A DNA stretch of 64,000 nt from Neoconidiobolus thromboides FSU 785 (lineage: Eukaryota; Fungi; Entomophthoromycota). The position numbers and the translations under genes were made by a program. Below the pieces are notes generated by a model. The model saw only the letters and a program-made list of their open reading frames with translations, did no database searches and was not told the origin of the DNA. The stretch covers positions 10,343-74,342 of the forward strand of contig MU626368.1 in NCBI GenBank assembly GCA_025603075.1, read 5' to 3'. Below are positions 40,646 through 54,051 of the stretch, piece by piece (positions within the stretch are counted from its first letter, which is position 1; every line of letters begins with the position of its first letter).

Positions 40646-43600
40646 TTAGTCTAATATTATTATCGTTGGATTTGTATTGTTACTTTCATTTTTTTCTTTC
40701 TTCATTTTTTCCTTCTTTCTTCTTTTATTAGTTTCTCGAATACTATCATCACTATCTTTTATACTATCATCTTTATCATCTTTATCATTCTTACTATTTT
40801 TGTCTTTATCTTTATCCTGATTTTTATCGTTACAGTCATTATCTTTCTTATCCTCCTGTACATCTTCATTTGGTTCCATTTTAAACCTTAATTCTGGTAA
40901 TAAATCAACAATTTCCATTCTTATTTTATTAACTTCCAACTCATTTTGTTTACTTTCCCTTTCATTAAGAATCTTAACAAACTCATTACATTTTTTAAAG
41001 AATACTAATAAAAAATTAAATTAAATTAAATTGAATATAAAACTATTAATATTAATATTATCACTTACCATCCTCTCCTTTTTTAATTTCGCAATTAAAA
41101 GGTCTACATTTTAACCTTCTAATTAGTAATATCATTATAATTAATAAATTATTCCTATTATCACTAGATAGTTCTATTTTGATTTGATTAAAATCAATTA
41201 ATTCAATTCTCAAATTAAATTGAAAATATAATTGATTATTGTTATCATCATTATTTGGTAAATAAAAATTCAGTTGAATGGAATCTAAATTACTATTATA
41301 AAATAATTAAATTAAGTTAATATTGATATTTTAAATAAACAATTGATAACTTACACTTCACTTCCACTAATTAAATTGAAATCATAATCCTCATCATTAA
41401 ATAATAACAAAGCTAGAAACTGTTTTAAATTTAACTTTATAACTTTGAAATCTAATAAACTTAAACTAATTAATTTTAGCCTTTCTTTTTCTTCTATTTT
41501 TTTTTGAAGCTTCAACTGCTCATTTGTTATATATTTCACCAAACTCTTTATTTCATTTTTATTAGGTAATAATTGAGATTGATTATAATAATTTCCATAT
41601 CCTATTACCTCTTTTTTATTGATCATAATAAAATTTAATAAATCAATATTGATTTTTGCTATTAAGAAATCATTTATTATATTAATTAAACTATTATCAT
41701 TTTTCAATTCAATTTCAATTTCTTTTTTTTCTTCTTTCTTATTTAAACAATAATAAAATCCAATATTGAATTCCAAACATAGAATTTGTTGAGCTTGAAT
41801 ATTAAACAAAACTTCAATTTTTTTTCCATTAGTAAGTTCATTATCAATATGATATATTTTCGTTTCAATTGGTATTAAATTATCCTCCGTCGTTGCTAAA
41901 AAGGGTAACTTTGGCCTACAACTGATATAAACTAAACATAAAAATAAGAATTAACGCTATAAATTAATGAATATTGAATGAAAAATCATAACTTACGTTT
42001 CCATCCCAACGGTATGTTAATGCTAATATTGCAGATTAATTGAATTTTAACATTCAATTCTTGTTGAAAATTTGCTTCATTAATTAATGGTTCAACCAAT
42101 ACTTGAAAATTACTATTATTATTACTATTATTATTACTATTATTATAAATCATATAACAGAATTCTATTGATTGTCTAATATCATTTAAATAATTATTAA
42201 TAGCTTTTTCTTCAATTCCAATTTTTTCCTTTTCTTCATATTCCTGTTGATATTTTTGTACTATTTTATTTATATCTTTTTCATTGTTGGTATTGTTATT
42301 TAATATCCTATTATTGTCTTTAAGATTGCACTCTCTTTCAATTAATTTTCCATTTTGACAAATAAATTTGATTAAATTAATATTTCTTTTTAACTCCTTA
42401 TTAATAGGAACTACCAATTGAGCAATAGTGTTGCAATAGTCTATATGAAATATTCGTTAATCAATATATTACACTAAAAAGTCCTTAAAAGCTTACCATT
42501 GTAAACCAACAACTTTTCAAGTGTCCTTAAATCCACTAAATAGATACAATTAAAATTACTCAATATAATTAATTTTGTATTTTCCATAATAAAATAATGA
42601 CTTTGAATTTCCTCTTCTTTATTATTTAATGAGTTCCATTGTTTTTGAATTTGACATTTACGTTTTAAATTATAATTAATCTCTAATTCAATTAAATTAC
42701 CCATTTTTTCAATTAATAACAATTGAATATTATCTTTTAATTGATTATACTTTAAGTGAAAATTTATTATTGAATTCTATTGTATCATTAGTATTTTTAT
42801 CAACGTTTTTATTTTACTATTGAACTATTAAGATTACCTTAAACGTGTATACTCTTTCTTGTTTATACAAATCCCATTTCATATTTTTATATTCAATACT
42901 AAACATAGCCAAAGTACCGAAAGTAGTAGTAACTAATAGAAAGTATTCTATAAAACTAAAACTCAATTAATTTTCATTAAAAAAAGTAATCCAAATAGGT
43001 TACCTATTCTTATCAAAATTCAAATAATTAAATAGCTCCTTATTATCCTTATCAATAATCAAAATTTTATTAATCTTTTGAAATCGATTATGAAATTGTA
43101 ATTTTAAATTTATCAAATGTTCTCCTTCTTTCTTCTGAAATTCATAGATCTCGATTTGCTCATTAAAACAAAATATCACTATCTGTCGATAACATTTAAT
43201 CTTTTGAATATCCGACTATTAAAAATAAATAAATCTCAATCAAATCAAAACATAGAAATAAAATTTACTTTCATAAACAAAAAATATTTCGTCTTAGAAT
43301 CAATTTCCATCTCTTGTTTATTTTCTGAAATAACTCCTTCCAAATCTATAAAATAGACCTCTTGATTCTCCAAATAAATCCATAACCCAAGATTCTGTTC
43401 ATCAACTTTCATCGCTATTATTTTCATTTCAAATCTTAATGTAACCTTTTTATTTTTATTAATCAATAAGTAAATTCGATCATATTCTTTAATCACAATA
43501 ATTTGATCTTCTAATAAAATATCAGTTGATTGTATGATTTTTTCTTTTTACAATGGTTGATTTCTTTGATATTATTTCGATTAAAAAAATAATTTAAATT

Positions 43601-43700
43601 ACTTACTTTTCACAATCAATTCCAAACTATTCATATTCGCAATATCTTTAAGTCCATTTTGAATCGAATACCAATGTACTAGTTGATTCCTTTGCTTCAT
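40646..43700 (-). CDS. Uncharacterised multi-exon protein, beta-rich N-terminus and D/K low-complexity C-terminus
   Basis: Chain of open minus-strand exons (track ORFs 43245, 42474, 41986, 41351, 40646) with GT-AG junctions; probable ATG at 43700. Confidence 0.55.
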
Positions 43701-44343
43701 TCTAGTTAATATAATAAAAGTGGAACATTTATTATGTTGTTTATTTTACTTAAAATCTAATTTAACTAAGCTCTTGTGATTGGGTAACGATTTAAAAAGT
43801 TACTTTATTTTGATGCTGTAATATTTGAAATTTTCCAACTGAATCCCTATAAAAAAGGAATAGTACTAAAAATTACAAACAAATTTTATATTTATGCTTA
43901 TATTTAGATTCCAATTTTAAAACTCATTTATATCGCGCATCTTTTCTTTTTCTTTTGATATACTACTTTTGCTTTATAAAACTTGGACTTAGTATTCTCA
44001 AATGATTATTGATGTAAGATAATCGGACCAAAAAGGTTAATCTAGAGATAATTAATATCATTAAAGCGAGAAATTTAAGCTCTATTGCATAGATAGGGTT
44101 ACTTAGTTACTATTCAATTCTTAAAACAACTTGAGTACAAAAGCCATCTATTTAATTAAGCTGGAAATTGTTAATTGTTCAATCTATCTTAGCATGTAAT
44201 GGATTTATAAATGTTACAGATTATGTTTGTAATAATTCTTAATAAAATACTAAAAATGTCTTCATTTGTTTTATCTTAATTTTATTTTAAATAATATCAA
44301 ATTTTAATTCTGCTAATAAATATACAATATAGCCTTTATAAAT

Positions 44344-44742
44344 TTAAATATCTTGGGAAGATTCATCTTTCTTTCCTTTTTTAGTACCTGGAAGGAGGAC
44401 ACCATGGATATTTGGTAATACACCACCTTGGGCAATAGTAACATGACCAAGTAATTTATTTAACTCTTCATCATTACGAATGGCAAGTTGAAGATGACGA
44501 GGAGTAATACGAGTTTTTTTGTTATCTCTGCAAGCATTACCAGCTAATTCAAGAATTTCAGCAGTTAAATATTCTAACACAGAGGCAAGGTAAACGGGAG
44601 CACCAGCAGCAATACGTTGAGCATAGTTACCATTTTTTAAATGACGATGGAGACGACCAACTGGAAATTGTAATCCAGCTTTAGCAGAACGAGAACGTCC
44701 AGTTACTTCGGCAGTTTGTGATGCTTTTCCTTTTCCTGACAT
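44344..44742 (-). CDS. HTA1: Histone H2A with C-terminal SQDI (H2A.X-type motif), intronless
   Basis: [58 protein letters not shown]. Confidence 0.98.
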   Translation of the reverse strand: MSGKGKASQTAEVTGRSRSAKAGLQFPVGRLHRHLKNGNYAQRIAAGAPVYLASVLEYLTAEILELAGNACRDNKKTRITPRHLQLAIRNDEELNKLLGHVTIAQGGVLPNIHGVLLPGTKKGKKDESSQDI

Positions 44743-44909
44743 TTTGTAGTTTAAGTTTGTTAATTAAAAGTTAAGTTGATGTAGATTTTTAAAAATAATT
44801 GATACCAGTCAATTGTTGGCTTTTTTATACTTTTTTTGAACGTTTAATCACTATCAAATTAAAATTCAAATTGAGATTGAGATTGAAATACTTCAATTTT
44901 GGAATCGAA

Positions 44910-45020
44910 ATTAGCCAATTAAACGCTAAGATTGAAAACGCGTATTCAAAATTTCAATTCAAAATTCAAGGTGTTAGAATTCAAACGTCAAGCTTCTTTT
45001 TATTGGTTAAACCAATTTTA
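44910..45020. promoter_or_regulatory. H2A upstream region with MCB-like ACGCGT, CCAAT boxes and repeated TTCAAA
   Basis: AAAACGCGT at 44935-44943, GCCAAT ~44914, ATTGG/CCAAT ~45002-45015. Confidence 0.45.
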
Positions 45021-45673
45021 AATTTTAGAATTTGAAGCAATTTTATTTTCTGTGAATTAAGCCTCAATATTCAGTTAAACTGGATTTCTAATTCGAAATA
45101 AAAGACACTCTTTGCATGAAACAATAAGAACACATTATAGCAATAATCTAATTACAACTTTTATTTCAGACTTAGTTATACAGTTAAAATAACCAATTTA
45201 TATATCGAATTTCAATATTTACTAAGTGTTGAATCGATTATTACTCCATGGTCGAAAGCTATTATATTACTAAACAATAGAAGATTTCTTTTTCTACACT
45301 ATAATTAGACATTTATAGCCTTATAAGCTGGATAACTATTACTACTTTGGATTAGTATCAGTAGGGTAATTTTACTAATATTTGCTTCAATAACATCAAT
45401 TCATAACAATACACGGCATAAGTAAGTTCAAAAACATTAAGAATAATAAAAATTGATTTGTTAGTTTGGTTTATATTTTGACTTTTGAATTTTTTTAAAA
45501 GAGTTTGTTTTTTGTATTTAATTGTTTATCCACTTTTAGACAAAGCAAAGCATGAAAAATATGAAGATCTATCTAAAACTAAGACTGTCAATAATACTTA
45601 TTAAATTATACATCTTTTTTATTAAAGTAAAATAATCATCTATAAAAAAACAGAATAAATAACATATGAAAAT

Positions 45674-46509
45674 CTATAATTTATCCGGTTTTAAAAGGGA
45701 ACCATTAACGGTAAGTACTTCATTAGTTGTTTGCAATCTAAAAAATCAATATTAAACTCAATATTAAATCGATTTCTCAAATGCTCTTACTCTTTAACAT
45801 AAAACTCAATACTTTTCTTAGCAGAAAGCGGTTTATTATTACTAACTTCTACCCATTCTCCACTTGAATAATCTCCAGTTTGAGTTTTCCAAAGATACAA
45901 ATCTTTTGGTATTTCTGAAGCTGGAATCGAAGCATTAAAAGTATTATGTAATATTAAGCCAATATGATCAGCTGATTGCATAGTTATTGTACCCACTGTA
46001 TAAAGGAAAAATTGATAAATTAACTTTGAATTGAATTGAGTTTTTAAGATTATTTAAGAATTTACCTAATTTACTTCCTTGTTTGGGTCGCCATACTAAT
46101 AATTTGGTGGTTATCCAAAAATTAATAAATGGTAGATCATAATGAATTTTTCCTTTAGTTTCGACCAATTTTGTATCCGAATGTGCTAGTATAATACCAT
46201 CTAATTGACTCATATATCTAATAAATAAAATTAATTATTATTGCTATCGATAACAAATTTCCATAAAAATCCTTAACATCAATTTAAAATTATATAAACT
46301 TACTTCAGGATAAAAGTATTTAAAAATTCGTTAATACCAACCGAAATATCATTTGAATATTGAGGGGATAAAGAAAGATAGCATTTAATTTTAACATTGA
46401 AAAATTCCCCACTTAATGGTTCTTTCTTTACAACTATAACCTTTTCCTTTCCTTCTTTAGTTTTCTTCTCTTTCTTTTTAATTGTTTTTTCTTTCTTGAC
46501 CTTTCCCAT
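45674..46509 (-). CDS. RPA43: RNA polymerase I subunit A43, 4 exons
   Basis: YLSLSPQY…GINEFLNTFILK-Y…LDGIILAH, PFINFWITTKLLVWRPKQG, QSADHIGLILHNTFNASIP; last exon …EVLTVNGSLLKPDKL*. Confidence 0.88.
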
Positions 46510-46841
46510 CTTAGTTATATTTTTGTTAGTAAAAAAATAATGATTTTATTGTTACCATTAAAAATAATTTTTTATTCAATTAATTCAATTTATTATGGGA
46601 CAAATATCTACCAATCCTAATCCAAATTTAGATTACTAAATTAAGTTGATTTTTTAAAAAGTCACGGAATTTGAATATAAAAAGGTAAATTAAAAAATTA
46701 AAAATCAAAAAAACCAAAAGATAAATAATGAGATAATCTGTATAATTTTATTTTAAAAAATTATATAGTTCTATAAAATATATGATAAAATAGCATCGCA
46801 AATTTAAAATCTTTTTATAAAATAAAAATAAAACAATATTA

Positions 46842-48281
46842 TTAATTATTTGACTCATAAAATCCTAATTGTTCTGGTTTCAATTCTAAACTAGGTCCAA
46901 GATAATTATAATTATAAGTTTGTTCATGTAAATACCAAATAAACTGATGTTTCAAGATTGGCATATTATCTTTTGAATAGAGAGTAATATTGGCTTCAAT
47001 ATTATAACTTCTCATGTTATTCACTTCAAACTTTAAACTACCTTGTAATGATTGACCTATATTCACTGCAATTGGTTCTTTTAATAATAATCTTAATTGT
47101 TGCCAATGAGTACGTTCACTATGTGGTGAAGTGCTCATTGTAAAATTATTACCATTTTCAACATTAAAATGTAAATCAAACCAAGAAGCGATGCCATGAA
47201 TAATACCAGTATATTCAAATTTCCAATGAATAGGTATTTCAAACTGTTTTAATTGTTCCATTGTAATTGTTGTAAAATCCATCGGATAACCTTCCATGGG
47301 TAGTAATAATAAACATTGGGGATCAAAATATCCTATTACTGGCATTGAAAATTGTTCATCAACTGCATCTTGTTTTAAAGGTGTTAAATCTACCCCGTAA
47401 AAGTCACTTTGTTCCCAAAATCTTGTTTTTAATTTAGTATCACCCCATAAATTCGTATCTGTAAATGGTGCTAAATAAAGGGAAGCTTGGGAAGGTACCA
47501 TTGTACCACCAGGCTTTAAAAAATTATCTAATATTTAATTAATATTGAATAAGATAACTGTCTTATTTATTAATTTACCTCTAGCATATAAAAAGGATTC
47601 AACCTATAATTAAAATATATAATAAATTATTACTTTAACTATTATTAATTCATATTTACCATTCTTTCATGTACAATAAATACACCAATAGGTTCAGAAA
47701 TAATTGTATCAATACAATTTGGAGGTAATTCTACTTCTTCAATTTTACTATTAATAACTTTAATATTACCATCTAACCAATTATTTTTAGCTTCAATTCC
47801 ATGTTGTTGACTAGCACTATAAATCATCTTTTGTAATTTTAATGCCATATTACTAGCTTCAACAGCAATAACTTTGGCTCCTGCTTTTACAGCAAAATAA
47901 GACAAGATACCTGAACCTAACAATTGGTTATCGGAATTAACAAGTTGAAATTTTACATGTTGATTTGCAAAAGTTACCTGCTCCTACGTCCATCACTGTT
48001 TTATTTAAATAAATTTGCGGATTTTGTAAAATTGCTTTTTGATAAGTGGAGGTGCGCACCATATCTTGTAACATATTTTGCTATTTTATTTGTCCATTAA
48101 TTTATTAATTCATAATTAATTGATTTTTTTAATTACCTGATGCGTTAATAAAGAATAATAATGGAAGTAAGTAGCATCTCTCTGTCTCTCTTGATCTTTC
48201 TATTTCACTCATTAAATATCAATTCCTATATATTTATCTATTATTACTTACTTTTTTGGTTTCAAGTTCATTGTTATTCAT
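46842..48281 (-). CDS. CARM1: Type I protein arginine methyltransferase, CARM1/PRMT4-like, multi-exon
   Basis: [61 protein letters not shown]…[36 protein letters not shown]. Confidence 0.85.
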
Positions 48282-48836
48282 CTTGTAATATTAAATTAGT
48301 GATTCAATTTGAAGTATTATTTTGATATTTTTTGCTTATTTAAGCTAATTGTTATTAATTCCCATAAATTGAATTCCGTTTTTTTGCTATGAAGTTCCGT
48401 TTGATTTGTTAAAAGTTAAATTATGTGCTAGTTTTCGTAGATAGTAATCATAGCATGATGACTATATAAAAATCAACACATTATTAGCTGTAATAATGTA
48501 TTTTCATTTATTTTATTAGATAAAATTTATTTGAACTTAATAAATACTTTTTTAATATATGACATTATCTTTTTTATTTCTGTCATTATTTAAAGTTTAT
48601 AAATACTTTTTAAAAATTATAAATAGACATCAACAATTCTTTAGTTTACTTAATCCATTTAGCTTTTTAAAACTCTATTGGTCCAAAAATCCCCCTAAAT
48701 CAATACTATATTTAATAAAAAAGTGAAACAAAATTCTTTGAGAAAACCATTAAGTTAACCTTTTATTACAATCCACCATACTCCACTAACAAAAAACGTC
48801 GCATTGATTATATATAAAAAAAACAGGCCACGCTCC

Positions 48837-50364
48837 ATGTCAGCAAAAAAAACAAATGGCTATAATTATCTAGCAGAGGATGATACAAGTATTGGAATGA
48901 GTCAATTTGATGTACCTTCTAATCCACAATCACCAAGCTTAAATAGGCCGAAAATATACTCTAATTTATCTGCATCAAAGCTTGAGAATACACTTCGTAC
49001 ATCACCTAATAAAAACAATCGAGTGATAGATATAGAAGAAGAAAATGAAATTGTAGCTGAAATGGAAGATGGTAATTTTGGCTATCATCATACCCATTCC
49101 CACTTATCAACGGTAAATTTTTATGATCAAACATAATTAAAAATAACCAAAAAAGTAGAATACATGGAAAAGAGATCTATATCTAATTATGGAAGATCCA
49201 TCTTCAAGTAATTTGGCTTTAATTTTTAATTTATCGCTGGCTGCTCTCATTATCTTTTCTGTTTTATTAACAACAATTGAAACTATTCCTTCGATTAGAG
49301 AATTGAAATGGTCTATTTGGTAAGCTATGCCTTTTTGTTTAGTAGTACGAAGGTTTCTAATATTATTTAGGTTTGTTTTGGAATTATTAGTGATGTTATT
49401 ATTCACTATAGAATTAGCTTTAAGAGTAGTAGCTCATTCACATACAACTAAACAACTATTAGAGTTTCTTATATCCCCATTGACCATTTTAGATTTTTTC
49501 TCTATTATACCTTATTATGTTATGTTGTTAATTTCACAAGATACTTCTGTTGAGTTTCGATTTACTATATTACGAGTATTTCGTTTATTTCGTTTATTCA
49601 GAGCATATAAATACTCCAATTTACTTCAATTAAGTATCGAAGTAATGTTAATAGCCGTTAAAAAATCTGTGGATGCATTAGCTGCATTATTGTTTTTTAT
49701 GTTAATTACCATTGTACTATTTTCTACCTTTTTATATTTTGCAGAAAGAGGGTCATGGAGTGATGAACGTAAAACTTTTTTAACTTCTCACGGGGTGCCC
49801 AGTGCTTTTGATTCTATACCAGCAGCGTTCTGGTTTGTTATCGTGACCATTACAACCACTGGTTATGGAGATATTGTACCATCTACTTTTCTAGGTAAAG
49901 TGATTGCATTTCCATTGATGATGCTAGGTATTTTATTAATTGCCTTACCTTCTGTTATTGTTGGTCGAAATTTTACTGTAGTTTGGGATGTATTAAAAAG
50001 AAGAAAAATTGATATGCTACAATTTTCTCAAGAACAACCAAACCAAAGTTTAACGGAAATGGTAGAAGATATTGAAATTGAGTTAGCTGGAGAATTACAT
50101 GTTAACAGCGATGGTCAAGTGGTTAATTCTACTAAGAATATGGATAAAGAAATGGAAATCATTACTAATCAAATACAATCTCTATTATTGAATCAAGATA
50201 AACTTCACAATGAAATTCAACAATTGCAAAATATTTGTTTAGATAATTCTCAACAAATTAGTCAACTTATAAGCTTACTTAGTAAGAATAATACTAATAA
50301 TAGTGAATACGATTCTAATAATAATAACAATGAATATGATTCTAATAGTATAAAGATAGAATAA
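48837..50364 (+). CDS. Voltage-gated potassium channel, 6-TM Kv type (3 exons; introns ~49113-49158 and 49320-49370)
   Basis: Spliced pre-S1 WKRDLYLIMEDPSSS, S4 RFTILRVFRLFRLFRAYK, pore FWFVIVTITTTGYGDIVP, S6 GILLIALPSVIVGRNF. Confidence 0.9.
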
Positions 50365-50545
50365 GGTTGATATTCATTATTTTAATCTAATAAAGTTGTT
50401 TTCTAACCGTATTTAACCGATCTATTTTAAAATTAAAATATAAATACATTGAATAGATAGTAAAACAAAATAATGGCATTATATATCATATTTTAATAGA
50501 GTTCAAAAATAAATAATGCATTAAAATAATACTAGTCAAATTCTA

Positions 50546-51927
50546 TTATTCACTTGGTTTACTTCTTGGAAGAAGTTCTAGTTTTTTACGTACTCCTCCA
50601 CTGGATGATCCAAACCTATTATCATCTATTTTTTAAAGTTAATAGTGTACAACAATAATAATTTATTAAATTTACCTCCTTTTGGTTGTGAATTACGATT
50701 ATTAGAGAAAACATTAGTTTTGTTAGCTAATATATATTAATTACAATCATCTAAACTTAAATTTAGTTACCTGAGCCTCCACTACGCCAGTCAGAGACAC
50801 CATCAGCAAAGGAAGACGGAGCAGCAGCACGGGGTTCACGTTCACGAGGTTCAAATCGACGATCTGAGTTTTCGCGTGGCTCAAATCGGCGATTACTAAA
50901 TCCTGAATTTCTTGGTGAAGATGACTCAGCTGGCCCATCTCTACGCCAGAAGTTGGCAGTTTCAGATGCTTTGGGAGCTTCAGTTACAACTGGATTATCA
51001 CGTCTCCATGGGTCATTTCTTTCACTTGGTGCTCTTTCTTTTTCTATTTTATTCTTTAATTAAATGTTATTTGCTAATAGTTCAATTGTCTTACGTTCAG
51101 CTACATTAATAAAAACAGAACGTCCATGTAATTCCTATTTATTGTTATATTATTGTTATTATTATTATTGTTATATATTACTTTATCGGTCAAATCGATA
51201 GCTTTAGATAATGATTCTACATCTTCAAATTCAACATAAGCGAAACCACGTGGTTTTTGATTTTCATGATTGATAGGAATGCGTACACTTAATACCTTTA
51301 AAATAGTTAATTTACTAAATGATTAATAATGCTCTTTTTACTTTTGAATCAGCGAAAAAATCTCTTAAATCTTGTTCAGTTAAACTGTAAGATAAGTTAG
51401 CAACATAAGCAATATAAGGTGCGCTTGTTGGTAACTCTACTGGGCCTTCACGTCTATTTCTTGGAGCTGATTCATACTCTTTTCTTGGACGATCTATTTT
51501 ATTTTAGTTTTCCTTATTTTACATTTGAAATTAGTTTACCGCTAAAACGGTTTGAAGCTCCACGAGGACCACTTGGTAATGAATCTCCTTTTAAAATATT
51601 AATTTAATACTACAATTAAAGAGTTGGAATAAATTATACTGTCAACGGCGGCAGAGGCAGCTATAGAATTATAAATAAGCATGATTACATATTAAATAAA
51701 AACAAAAATTACGAGCAGTAGGAAGATCCATCATCTCATCTGCCCAGGAGCCAGGAGCCTCTTCAGGTCCTATAAATTAATTTAAATATTTATTTTTGAC
51801 ATCTTTGAATTGTTTCTACCTCCTGCGCTTAAGAAGTCATTTAATGACATTTTTTGTCCTCCCTTTTTCTTGCCTATAATAGAATTTAAAAAGCTATTCA
51901 CTTTATAATAATTGGTCATTTACCCAT
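50546..51927 (-). CDS. TIF3: Translation initiation factor eIF4B (RRM protein), many short exons
   Basis: GKKKGGQKMSLNDFL, GSWADEMMDLPT, RRAPYIAYVANLSYSLTEQDLREFF, RIPINHENQKPRGFAYVEF, terminal KLELLPRS. Confidence 0.85.
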
Positions 51928-52622
51928 GATTTTTTAATTTATTAAAAACTTTTTTAAAATTCCTAAAATTGTTAAAATTAGTATGTGTACAAATACTAGA
52001 TGCTAAGTATTGGACTCTTCTTTATTAAATAGTTAAATTTAAGCTAATAGTCACCTTTATGAATCTACTTCAAATACTAAAGTTGTAAAAAAGTCCAAGT
52101 TTAAATTTTCGAATTAAATTTTTTATCACCTGAAAGCTACCAATTAAAACATTAATTTATAGTTGGTATCAAATCAGTTGAAGGAGTAAGAAATATCATT
52201 ACAAACATAGTAAACACTAGAAATGTTATATATAAAGACACCAAAAGTTATATAAATAAAATATTTTTATTTAACACGTATAAACTAAAGCCTATTACAT
52301 GATGGATGAGTAAAAACTATATGACTTTTATTTTGATTCCTTTCCCTAGTAAAGTATAAAGCTGCGCTTTTATTCTGATTCAGTTTTCAAGTTTTTTAGA
52401 ATATAACTTTGTAGAACTTAAACAGTATACTATTTTTTAAACTAAGCATCCTGTATGTACTTTGATAATTATATATTCGGTTAAGTATCGACATATAATT
52501 AATGATAGAAAAATTACTATAAACTATTTAAATAAATATCCAAATTACAAATAATAATAAAAGTAAAAGCAAACGTTGAAATTTATTTTAACAGCTATTA
52601 GTTATTGAATAATTTAAAAAGT

Positions 52623-53256
52623 TTAATTCATTGTTTGTCCAATCTGTTCAATCAAATTAGTAAACTGCTTTGTAACGATGAGCTGACCATTTTGGTTGGA
52701 AATGTCATTTTGAAACGAATAAAATGGGTTACAAACCAATATTATATATGCTGCATGAATTTGCTTAAATAACTAGAAACAAACATCAGCCTTGATTTGA
52801 CCTTAAATTATATTATTTACCATTTTCATTTCAACATCTTTTATAACATCATCTGTTAACTCAAGCACCGCTATAAACTTGATTTTACTATTGGTTATAT
52901 AGCCATATCTAATTTACTGATTTAATAATTTCTTTATATTATATTATAATCTATTACACTACAAACTCTTCAACAATATGCAACAATCCAAAATATTGAC
53001 CTTGTCCTTTATTATTTGCTAAAGCTAATAAAATTAATAACTCTTATTAAAATAAATCTTAAATTTACCTTTATCATTAAATAGATCACAAGAGGTATGA
53101 GCTAAATAATGGAACTTGATATCGTCATAATATTCCGGTATAAAATTTTTAATATACAATGGGTTGTTCTTGAATTTTTATTAAGTTTTGGTATCTATTA
53201 CGATTGCTATGTATTACTTGTTTTCCTATTATTGCAATGCAACATAATTTTGGCAT
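52623..53256 (-). CDS. TRAPPC2L: TRAPP complex subunit 2-like (sedlin family), multi-exon
   Basis: Not in ORF track. MPKLCCIAIIGKQ-NNPLYIKNF…KFHYLAHTSCDLF, YFGLL, YGYITNSKIKFIAV, LFKQIHAAYIILVCNPFY. Confidence 0.88.
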
Positions 53257-53592
53257 TTTTAATCAAAAAATAAAGCTTCAATTTATTTTAATTTTAATTT
53301 TAATTTTTAGCAAATTTTCATCATCATTTTAAACTTTAAGAATGTGTAATAGACATCAAATATATTAATAAAAATAATTTTGAAAATATAGCTAGTAGCT
53401 TACAACTATTAATAGGATTTATTTAATTTTATAAGAATGAAATACTCTTACGATAGTATAAATCAGATTTAAATATATTCATATCTACTTCATTTTTAAT
53501 TTAACAATAACTATTTAATTTCAAACTCATGAACTTATAAATAACCATTTAGTGAAATATTGATCTTTTTATTTAATGTTAGTTCTGTACTT

Positions 53593-54051
53593 TTAATTTT
53601 CAATCTTGGCTAAGATTTCGGAATCTTTGAATAAAAGATATTCCTAAAAAGAGTTAGCATATAATAAAATAGATGAAAATACCTAAACTTACATCATTAT
53701 CAATTTTAACATTGGAACCACCGTATGGAGGAAGTAAAACTCTATCCCCTGGCTTTACGGAAACTGGGATAAGATTTCCATCGTTGTTATGATGACCTGG
53801 TCCAACGGCAATTACATTGCCCTCATTTAAGGTTTCTTGAGCTTTTTGTGGAATAAAAATGCCAGAGGCAGTTTTCTATAACTCTACTTAATCACTTTTA
53901 TTGCAATTCAGTAATATATTTACCTCTTCAGCTTTAACACGTTGAACTAAAACACGGTCTAATAAAGGCACAACTTTCTTTGATAATTGACGGGACTAAT
54001 ATTAAACTTTAATAAATTGTTCACTTTTAAATTGTATATTAGTATTACCAT
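53593..54051 (-). CDS. HSP10: Mitochondrial 10-kDa chaperonin (Cpn10), 4 exons incl. ATG-only first exon
   Basis: Not in ORF track. VPLLDRVLVQR…KTASGIFIP…VIAVGPG…VKPGDRVLLPPYGGS…EYLLFKDSEILAKIEN*. Confidence 0.96.

Noticed and set aside
44799-45600. Track ORF 44799-45035 and a possible small spliced gene at ~45250-45590 (candidate H2B partner)
   Set aside because: The ORF spans the H2A promoter; no histone-fold sequence or coherent exon chain could be assembled.
49137-49406. Apparent split or frameshift of the K+ channel and antisense ORF 49137-49406
   Set aside because: Resolved by two canonical GT-AG introns; the antisense ORF is a shadow.
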